33,808 nt of DNA from contig JBKCUU010000105.1 of the NCBI GenBank assembly GCA_046318155.1, positions 1 through 33,808 on the forward strand. Direction: 5' to 3'. The translations under genes were made by a program, and so were the position numbers. Position 1 is the stretch's first letter; each line of letters opens with the position of its first letter. The notes below the pieces were generated by a model. The model did no database searches. It was not told the origin of the DNA and worked only from the letters and a program-made list of their open reading frames with translations. Source of the DNA: Bdellovibrio sp. (lineage in GTDB: Bacteria > Bdellovibrionota > Bdellovibrionia > Bdellovibrionales > Bdellovibrionaceae). Shown here in pieces: positions 26,727-33,808 of the stretch.

Positions 26727-27704
26727 GTGCGACGTTCATTTCTTCGAGGCCCCGCTCTCTGGCTGGGGCTTTTGATTTTGATGAGTTTGTCTTCCTGTAC
26801 TTCCAAAAAAAGTCAGGTCGCCAACCTTCCCGTTTTGCAAGTAAATGACCAGACCCTAACCGCGCAGGCTTTTAGCGACCGTCTCGCCCGCAAGCTCAAA
26901 CAGTTTGATGCGCTCTCGGCCAAGGACCCTAACAACTTAAGTCGAACCAAAGAGGAAGTCTTAAGAAACTACACGCTTGAGGCTCTTATTTCCGATTTTG
27001 CTCGAGCCCACTCGATTACAGTCAGCGATCAAGAGCTCGAAAATGAGGTCAATGCGTTTCGCTCGACCTACCCGGATGACGTCGCCTTTCGTAATGTGCT
27101 GGCCGAAGAGAGCCTCTCGCTGACGTCATGGCGCGAACAGCTCTCGCTGACGCTCCTTGAGCGAAAAGTGTTTCACAAAATATCTGAAAAAGTCGAGAAA
27201 CCGACGCTCGATGAAATGAAGAAGTACTACGAGGAAAACAAGGATAAATACCGGCGCAAAGAGCGGGTCTATCTGCGCCAAATCGTGTCGGACGACTTGA
27301 CGAAGGCAACTGAGCTGCGAGAAGAAGTTAAAAAGAAGGATTTTGCCAAAACTGCGACCAAGTTTTCAGTCGCTCCGGAGAGTAAAAATGGGGGCTTGGT
27401 GGGCTGGATTGAGCGCGGATCGGTGGATATTTTTGACAAGGCCTTTCAAATGCCGGTCGGCGGCGTGAGTCAAGTCCTCGAAAGCCCCTATGGATTTCAC
27501 ATTCTAAAGGTTGAGCGCAAAGCGCCTGCTGGTTTTGCGACTCTTGAAGAGGTAAAACCAATGTTAGAACAGGCGCTTATGGCGCAAAAAGAACAAGGCG
27601 AGTTCACGGCCTGGTTGGACCGCCAGATCCGCACCAGCCGAGTTTTGCGAAACCAGGACCTGATCCGTTCGATCAGCGTTGAAACCCGAAAGGGGAACGA
27701 ATGA
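26727..27704 (+). CDS. Lipoprotein parvulin PPIase/foldase (PrsA/SurA-like)
   Basis: Lipobox LSS-C; helical chaperone region; VYLRQIV, FAKTATKFS, GGLVGW, SPYGFHILK. Confidence 0.9.
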   Translation: MRRSFLRGPALWLGLLILMSLSSCTSKKSQVANLPVLQVNDQTLTAQAFSDRLARKLKQFDALSAKDPNNLSRTKEEVLRNYTLEALISDFARAHSITVSDQELENEVNAFRSTYPDDVAFRNVLAEESLSLTSWREQLSLTLLERKVFHKISEKVEKPTLDEMKKYYEENKDKYRRKERVYLRQIVSDDLTKATELREEVKKKDFAKTATKFSVAPESKNGGLVGWIERGSVDIFDKAFQMPVGGVSQVLESPYGFHILKVERKAPAGFATLEEVKPMLEQALMAQKEQGEFTAWLDRQIRTSRVLRNQDLIRSISVETRKGNE

Positions 27705-28675
27705 GGTTTTTAAGTTCGATCTTATGTACGGCTGTGATGACGCTGACTTTAAGTTCGCCGGCATTTGCCGCGCGTGAAAAAGTTGAAGGCATTGTTGCCA
27801 TCGTCAACTCTGAGATCGTCACCGAATCGGAAGTTCGCGCTTTTGCCAAAAAAGTCGAGAACGAAGCCATTATCGATGATTTGCTTTTACTGGGCGCTAC
27901 TCCACAATCTTTAAAGGCAAACAGAAAAGCGCAGCTTGATTACCTCATTAATGAAAAGTTGCTCGAGTCGGAGATCAAGCGCCTGAATTTATCCGTCACC
28001 GTCGAGCGCGTTGAACAAGAGCTCCGGGACGTTGCCAAAAAGAACAACATTTCGCGCGCCGAGCTTAACAACGCCATCAAGGCGCAGGGCATGAATTTTT
28101 CTGATTACCAGGACTTTGTTAAGGGGCGTATTGAGCGTCAGTCTCTGATCGAACAAGAGATCACATCTAAAATTCGCGTGTCCGATGAAGAGGTCTTGGC
28201 TGAGTATACAAAAATGCATCCCAACGCAGACTCTGGAATTTTTGAGTACACGGTTGCACACATTCTTTTTAACCCACGCAAAGGCGGGGTTGCCGGCGCC
28301 GAACAACGCGCAAGAGGCGTTTTAAAAAAACTCAAAGACGGACAGGTTTTCGAGACCTTGGCCGAACAGCACTCGGAAGATACGGGTTTTACGAATGGCG
28401 GATTGCTGGGCAGCTTTAAAGCCGGCGAGTTTTCGCGCGAGATGGAAACCGCCGTGGCTCGCCTTAGTCCTGGCGACACAACCGAAATTATAGAATCAAA
28501 AGCCGGACTTCATATATTAAAACTCATTTCAAAAAAAGTAGTCTCGGATCCGCGTTTCGAACGCGAAAAAGAAAAAATAAGAAATCAGCTTTTTGAAAAG
28601 GCCTTTGCGAAGCAGCTCCGTAACTGGCTCGAGCAAAAGAAAGAAGATTCTTTCATTCGAATCAATGAAGCATGA
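27701..28675 (+). CDS. surA: SurA-like chaperone/PPIase with a single parvulin domain
   Basis: VEGIVAIVNSEIVTESE SurA N-domain; VAHIL, FETLAEQHSED, GGLLG, GLHILK; directly upstream of pdxA as in surA-pdxA operons. Confidence 0.8.
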   Translation: MRFLSSILCTAVMTLTLSSPAFAAREKVEGIVAIVNSEIVTESEVRAFAKKVENEAIIDDLLLLGATPQSLKANRKAQLDYLINEKLLESEIKRLNLSVTVERVEQELRDVAKKNNISRAELNNAIKAQGMNFSDYQDFVKGRIERQSLIEQEITSKIRVSDEEVLAEYTKMHPNADSGIFEYTVAHILFNPRKGGVAGAEQRARGVLKKLKDGQVFETLAEQHSEDTGFTNGGLLGSFKAGEFSREMETAVARLSPGDTTEIIESKAGLHILKLISKKVVSDPRFEREKEKIRNQLFEKAFAKQLRNWLEQKKEDSFIRINEA

Positions 28676-29634
28676 GCGCTCTAAAAAAAATTGTTATCAC
28701 GACGGGTGACCTTGACGGGATTGGCCTTGAAGTCACCGCAAAGGCTCTAGGAAAATTAGGCCCTCAGCGGGGTCTCCAGTTCTATTACTTCCGGGGTCTA
28801 AAATCACCCCCGAGCCTACTTCGCAAGATCGGGCGCAAGTTTAAGGTGAGGCGGTTTCGCTCTTGGCCTGAGGCTTTGGAGTACGAACCAAAATCGTACA
28901 AAGAGATCATCGAGATCACGTCGGCACAGCCTCCGCCAAAGTGGGTGGAAAACGCAGCCGTTTCTGCCTTTCACAAAAAAATTGATGCCTTAGTGACGGG
29001 CCCGCTTTCAAAGCCCGAGATTATGCGCTCGGGCCTCAAGGATCTGGGGCACACCGAAATTTTAAAGCGTATCACCAAAGTCTCAAACTTGTGGATGACA
29101 TTTCTGGGAAAAAAATTTCATGTGTTGTTACTCTCTGGGCATATGCCTGTTCACAGAGCCGAGGAATACCTAACTCCTGAGCGCATCGAAGCTGGCGTGC
29201 GCGAAGCTGCCAAGCTTTTTAGGCCTAGCCCAAAAAGGCCGCTCGCGGTTTTGGGTCTGAACCCGCACGCCGGTGATTCGGGCCTGATCGGCGAGTTCGA
29301 CGGTGATGTCTTGCTACCAGTTCTTGAAAAGCTGCGCGCAGAGGAGCTTGCCATTGTGGGACCACTTGTTCCTGATGCAGCTTTTCACCCCGACAATTGG
29401 AAAAAATATTCGGCCTATGTGTGTTGTTATCACGACCAAGGCCTGATTCCGTTTAAAATGATCCATGGTTTTGAGTCTGGCGTCCACATCACGGCGGGAC
29501 TTCCGTTTGTGCGAACTTCGGTCGACCATGGTACCGCTCAAGATATTTTTGGAAAAAACAAAGCCGACGCGCGCTCCATGATTCAGGCGATTAAAGCCGC
29601 ACAAAACCTCGTGTTGTCAGAGAAAGGGATTTAG
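28672..29634 (+). CDS. pdxA: 4-hydroxythreonine-4-phosphate dehydrogenase
   Basis: ITTGD.DGIG.E, VTGPLSK, GHTE, GLNPHAG, YHDQGLIPFK, RTSVDHGTA.DI. Confidence 0.95.
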   Translation: MSALKKIVITTGDLDGIGLEVTAKALGKLGPQRGLQFYYFRGLKSPPSLLRKIGRKFKVRRFRSWPEALEYEPKSYKEIIEITSAQPPPKWVENAAVSAFHKKIDALVTGPLSKPEIMRSGLKDLGHTEILKRITKVSNLWMTFLGKKFHVLLLSGHMPVHRAEEYLTPERIEAGVREAAKLFRPSPKRPLAVLGLNPHAGDSGLIGEFDGDVLLPVLEKLRAEELAIVGPLVPDAAFHPDNWKKYSAYVCCYHDQGLIPFKMIHGFESGVHITAGLPFVRTSVDHGTAQDIFGKNKADARSMIQAIKAAQNLVLSEKGI

Positions 29635-29636
29635 AT

Positions 29637-31004
29637 ATGTATCAACCCGTTATTTTTCGCGAGTACGACATTCGAGGTGTTTACAACGAACAATTCGACA
29701 AGGACTTTGCCTACCTACTCGCCAAATCCTATGCCCAGTACATGGTGCAAAAATTGGGAAAAAAGAATCCAACGATTGCGCTCGGTCATGATGCCCGCAT
29801 CTCGGGGCTCGAGATCAAAGCCAGCCTTTCAAAAGGTCTGCAAGAGTGCGGTGTCAAAGTTTTGTATGTGGGACTTGTGACCTCGCCGATCTCTTACTTC
29901 ACCACTTTTGACATTCCAGGTGTTGATGGGGCGTTCATGGTTACGGGTTCGCACAATCCACCCGAGTACAATGGTTTTAAAATTTCTGTCGGCAAAGGCA
30001 CAATCTTTGGCGAAGAGATTCAAGAACTTCGCCGGATTATGGAAAAGGGTGTTTTTCCTGAGGGCAGGGGTTCTGAAGAAAAAATTGACATCTTCCCGCA
30101 ATACCTCGCCCGTTATAAAAAAGAGTTCGGCGAGATGAAGCCAATCAAAGTGGTCTTGGATTGTGGAAACGGGGCCGCGGGTTGCATCACGCGCCGCCTT
30201 TTTGAAGTTGTGGGACTAAAGCCCACCATTCTTTTTGAAGAACCAGATGGAAATTTTCCGAACCACCACCCCGACCCCACGGTTGAAAAAAATTTGGTCG
30301 ATTTAAAAAAGCAGGTTCTTAAAGAAGGGGCCGTCGTTGGAATCGGTTTTGACGGAGACGCCGACCGCATCGGGTTGGTCGATCATACTGGGCGCATGAT
30401 ATATGGTGATGAACTGATGGTTTTAATCAGTCGTGATGTTTTGAAGCACAATCAGGGTGCAAAAATTATCGGCGACGTGAAGTGCTCGGACCGCCTGTTT
30501 GACGACATCAAGAAAAATGGCGGAGAGCCCGTCATGTGGAAAACAGGCCATTCGTTAATTAAAGAAAAAATCAAAGTTGAAAAGGCGCCCTTTGGCGGTG
30601 AGATGAGTGGTCATATTTTCTTTGCTGATCGAAACTATGGTTATGATGATGCGCTCTATGCGGCCTTGCGAGTTTGTGAAATTCTTTCAAGAACCAACAA
30701 AACGATCCCCGAGCTTTTAAGCGGACTTCCTGTCGCCTACAATACTCCAGAACTTCGTATTGATACGACTGAGGAGAAGAAAGTGGCTATCGTCGAAAAA
30801 CTGAAGGCCGCTTTTCCCGCAGGATCAAGGGAGTACGCCCTCAACCTGATTGATGGTGTTCGCATCAGCTTTGCAGACGGCTGGGCTCTCGCACGAGCCT
30901 CAAATACTCAACCCGTTCTTGTTTTGCGATTTGAAAGCGAAACCGAGGCCGGTTTAGAAAGAATTCGCGGACAAATTGAGTCCATTGTGAACCCGCTTTT
31001 GTAG
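29637..31004 (+). CDS. Phosphomannomutase/phosphoglucomutase (AlgC-like)
   Basis: FREYDIRG, TGSHNP (phosphoserine), DGDADR, GEMSGH, RASNTQP. Confidence 0.95.
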   Translation: MYQPVIFREYDIRGVYNEQFDKDFAYLLAKSYAQYMVQKLGKKNPTIALGHDARISGLEIKASLSKGLQECGVKVLYVGLVTSPISYFTTFDIPGVDGAFMVTGSHNPPEYNGFKISVGKGTIFGEEIQELRRIMEKGVFPEGRGSEEKIDIFPQYLARYKKEFGEMKPIKVVLDCGNGAAGCITRRLFEVVGLKPTILFEEPDGNFPNHHPDPTVEKNLVDLKKQVLKEGAVVGIGFDGDADRIGLVDHTGRMIYGDELMVLISRDVLKHNQGAKIIGDVKCSDRLFDDIKKNGGEPVMWKTGHSLIKEKIKVEKAPFGGEMSGHIFFADRNYGYDDALYAALRVCEILSRTNKTIPELLSGLPVAYNTPELRIDTTEEKKVAIVEKLKAAFPAGSREYALNLIDGVRISFADGWALARASNTQPVLVLRFESETEAGLERIRGQIESIVNPLL

Positions 31005-31052
31005 TGCTATGACCGCCCCACGAAACCGAATGACTTCGATTGGGAGTAACGT

Positions 31053-31937
31053 ATGGAGCTGGGGCGCGCCGCTATTATTTTTTTTATTCTGATGCTAATC
31101 GTTTTAGGCAGCTTGCCCACGGTGGCTACTCCCAACGCAAAGAAGGCCTCGGTTCTCCTTGCGGAAGCAAAGTCACAAAGATTGGCCGACTCCTTGTCCT
31201 TTCCGGGACAGGTTCGTTCTCGCGTGAATGCAACGATGACTTCGGAAATTGAAGGACAAGTCTTGCGCCTCGAAAAAGTTTTGGGCTCAAAAGTGAAAAA
31301 AGGCGACGTCATCCTTGTCTTGCAAAACACAGATCCCGTTTACCGATACGCACCCCTCAGGGTTCGTAGCTCTTCTGATGGTTACTTGACTCAACTTGAA
31401 GTGAATCTGATGCAAAAGGTTGAGCGCGGACAAAAACTGTTCACCGTGACCGATCCCGCGAACTTGATGATTCAAGTCGAAGTACCCGCCCACGATTTGG
31501 CTTCTCTCGCGGTTGGTCAACGCGGTGTTTTTAAAGTTCGAATCAACTCGGCTGAATCAATTCCAGTCGTGATCGAAGGCCTCTCGCCTTTGATCGATGT
31601 TCGCTCGGGGACGGCAACAGCCGAACTTAAGCCTTTGGCTAAAGCAGAGACTCTACGCCAAGGACAGTTGGGACAAATCCAATTGCAAACCAATGAGCGA
31701 CAAAGCTTTCTGCTTCCTGAGTCCGCCATCGTCAATCGCGACGACAAAACTTTTGTGCGCTTTCTCGAGGCCGGAAAAATTCAGAAAAAACCAATCGAGC
31801 TCGGCAATCGCATCGGCAATTCTTTCGAAGTAAAATCCGGCGTTAAATCAGGTGACCAGATTGTCACTCGTACCAGCCGCTTTGTTGCTGATGGCGAAGA
31901 TGTTGAAGTTCAAAAAGAACAAAGCAAAGAAAACTAG
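31053..31937 (+). CDS. RND efflux periplasmic adaptor (membrane fusion protein) with minimal hairpin
   Basis: N-terminal TM; lipoyl halves (SEIEGQV...GSKVKKGD / SSSDGYL...KVERGQKLF); LPESAIV, GVKSGDQIV; GGGAG RBS. Confidence 0.88.
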   Translation: MELGRAAIIFFILMLIVLGSLPTVATPNAKKASVLLAEAKSQRLADSLSFPGQVRSRVNATMTSEIEGQVLRLEKVLGSKVKKGDVILVLQNTDPVYRYAPLRVRSSSDGYLTQLEVNLMQKVERGQKLFTVTDPANLMIQVEVPAHDLASLAVGQRGVFKVRINSAESIPVVIEGLSPLIDVRSGTATAELKPLAKAETLRQGQLGQIQLQTNERQSFLLPESAIVNRDDKTFVRFLEAGKIQKKPIELGNRIGNSFEVKSGVKSGDQIVTRTSRFVADGEDVEVQKEQSKEN

Positions 31938-31939
31938 TC

Positions 31940-33808
31940 ATGGGCGAGATTTATAAGAGCCCGCTACGGGTCTATTTACTCCTGGGCCTGTTAGGTCTTT
32001 GGGGCGTTCTCTCTGGACTTTCACTGCCAGTCTCGCTCTTTCCTAACAGCTCAAAGCCCGTCATTCAGGCGGAAGTTCCTTACGGAGATTTAACCGCCGA
32101 AGAGTTTAGCAAAACCTATGGAAACATCATTGAAACACAGCTTAAGGGTCTTTTAATTGACGGCCGCACCGTCGAAAATCTTGAGGCTCACTACACGGCC
32201 AAAGAAGCCGAGTATAAAATCGAGTTTCAATGGGAAACAAATGGCGATCGAGCTTTGCGCGAAGTTCAGACTCTGATGGCCGCACTCTCAGCGAGTTGGC
32301 CTGAGGATTCGCGCCTTTCTTACCAGGTTGAGTCCTGGCAAGAGAACGGTGGCTTCTTAGCTTTGAGTTTTTATAGCCCCTTAAGATCCTTGGATGACCT
32401 GTACGAAGAGCTTCGGCCCATTATGGATCCCATCGGTGCGCGCGTCCCGGACGCTTCATCAGTGGGTTTATTCAATCCAAATCGTAAACACGTCGAGATC
32501 ATTGCTGATCCTGAGCGATTGGCTTCGCTTAATCTATTACCCTCAGATATTGAAAATGCAGTTCGATCGTCGAATAGCTCACTGACGGGTGGACGCCTTT
32601 TGATTGGCGAAAAGCAAGTCGCTGTCGAGATTCCCCGTGATCTCTCTGGAATCGAGGGCCTTAATAATCTGCCGATCTACACTCGATCGGGCGTTCGGCT
32701 TCGGCTCCAAGACGTTGCGACGATTCAAGTTGTGACCAATACTAAAACTTTTCGCCAATTTAAAACTTCAGGAGTTCCGAGCCTCATTCTTTTTGCGAAC
32801 CCAAAGCCCGGCGGCAATATCAAGAAGATGTCTGATGATATCATGAGTGAGGTAGCGCGGCTGAAAAATCAGCTTCCTGCAGATGTCGAGTTTAAGGTGT
32901 TGGTGAACCCCTCCGAGTTTATCAATTCCAGTATTAAGTCGGTGACCAAAGAGGTCGCCCTAGCTGCTGGTCTTGCGGTGATTATTCTTTTGATCTTTAT
33001 AGGAAGTCTAAAAAACGTCATTACGGCTGCCGTCGAAATTCCGCTCTCGATCATCATGGCTTTTATATTCATGAAGCTCTTTGACATGAATCTTAACTTG
33101 ATCTCTTTGGGTGGACTCGCTTTGTCGGCTGGGATGAATGTCGATGCCTCCGTCGTCGTGATGGAAAATATTTTTCGTCATTTTGATAAAGCAGGGTCAA
33201 ATCTGTCGGCTGATGACAGGCTCAAGACCGTCATTCGCGCCGTTAAAGAAGTTTGGGGTCCCATCCTCGCTTCGACCGTCGCTAGTCTTGTTGTCTTTGT
33301 TCCGCTCATAATGACGAGCGGACTGACAAACTCAATTTTGGGTGACCTCGCTAAAGCCGTTATCTTCTCTCACGCGATGTCAGCCGTTGTTGCCTTGGTC
33401 TTGGTTCCCACGGTGCGTCTGCAAATGATGAAGACCGAAACAAATTTTCACCTGCACAGTCCCATCGAAAAGCAATTTACGTGGCTCGAGAACGCTTATG
33501 CCAAAGCCTTGGACTACTTTATTCGAACGGACGTTTTGCGATGGACCACTTATGCGGCACTGGTTGGCGTTTTAGCCGTGCTCCTCATTGTGGTTTTGCC
33601 GAAGCTCCCGAAAGAAATTATTGGTCGACCCGAAACAGATTGGGTCATTCTTGGTGTTTCTAAGCCCACGTTCACGGAGCCTCGACAGCTTGATCAGTAT
33701 ACTGAAAAGCTTGAGTACTATCTCTTGCAGAAATACAACGAAGAAACCGCATATACATTTACCCAGCTCAATGTTCCAAAAAAAGGCATGATCATGATCT
33801 CGCTCAAA
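31940..33808 (+). CDS. RND efflux permease (AcrB/AcrD/AcrF superfamily), 3' end beyond window
   Basis: Not in ORF track (no stop in window). From ATG 31940: MGEIYKSPLRVYLLLGLLGLWGVLSGLSLPVSLFP...; IPLSII; NLISLGGLALSAGMNVDASVVVMENI (TM4); PILAST..SLVVFVP; frame consistent at the window end (623 codons). Confidence 0.93.
   Translation, partial: MGEIYKSPLRVYLLLGLLGLWGVLSGLSLPVSLFPNSSKPVIQAEVPYGDLTAEEFSKTYGNIIETQLKGLLIDGRTVENLEAHYTAKEAEYKIEFQWETNGDRALREVQTLMAALSASWPEDSRLSYQVESWQENGGFLALSFYSPLRSLDDLYEELRPIMDPIGARVPDASSVGLFNPNRKHVEIIADPERLASLNLLPSDIENAVRSSNSSLTGGRLLIGEKQVAVEIPRDLSGIEGLNNLPIYTRSGVRLRLQDVATIQVVTNTKTFRQFKTSGVPSLILFANPKPGGNIKKMSDDIMSEVARLKNQLPADVEFKVLVNPSEFINSSIKSVTKEVALAAGLAVIILLIFIGSLKNVITAAVEIPLSIIMAFIFMKLFDMNLNLISLGGLALSAGMNVDASVVVMENIFRHFDKAGSNLSADDRLKTVIRAVKEVWGPILASTVASLVVFVPLIMTSGLTNSILGDLAKAVIFSHAMSAVVALVLVPTVRLQMMKTETNFHLHSPIEKQFTWLENAYAKALDYFIRTDVLRWTTYAALVGVLAVLLIVVLPKLPKEIIGRPETDWVILGVSKPTFTEPRQLDQYTEKLEYYLLQKYNEETAYTFTQLNVPKKGMIMISLK

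Overview
33.8-kb bacterial chromosomal segment, most likely from a Bdellovibrio-like predator (Bdellovibrionota). This is inferred from the fibre-protein N-terminal domain, the S8+CUB protease and the gene order, not from a database search. The left ~12.8 kb is accessory. It holds a minus-strand operon of lipoprotein, 1346-aa phage-tail-fibre-like mosaic adhesin and a giant (>=1389 aa) secreted G/T/S-rich beta-repeat protein that runs off the window and is missing from the ORF track. Next come a lipocalin-like protein, a ChaN/TIKI-fold secreted protein and a UDP-xylose synthase + GT8-like glycosyltransferase pair. The remainder is mostly core: rplI-DUF2232-rpsF (no rpsR, although an S6:S18-type leader is present, and S6 has a (DRG)8 tail), double-FHA protein + alpha/beta hydrolase, a structured intergenic element flanked by a strong local base skew, a lipoprotein, subtilase, sdhCAB divergent from etfBA, DUF374, three parvulin PPIases, pdxA, PMM/PGM and an RND adaptor + permease (truncated by the window). 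No rRNA, tRNA, CRISPR array or transposase was seen.
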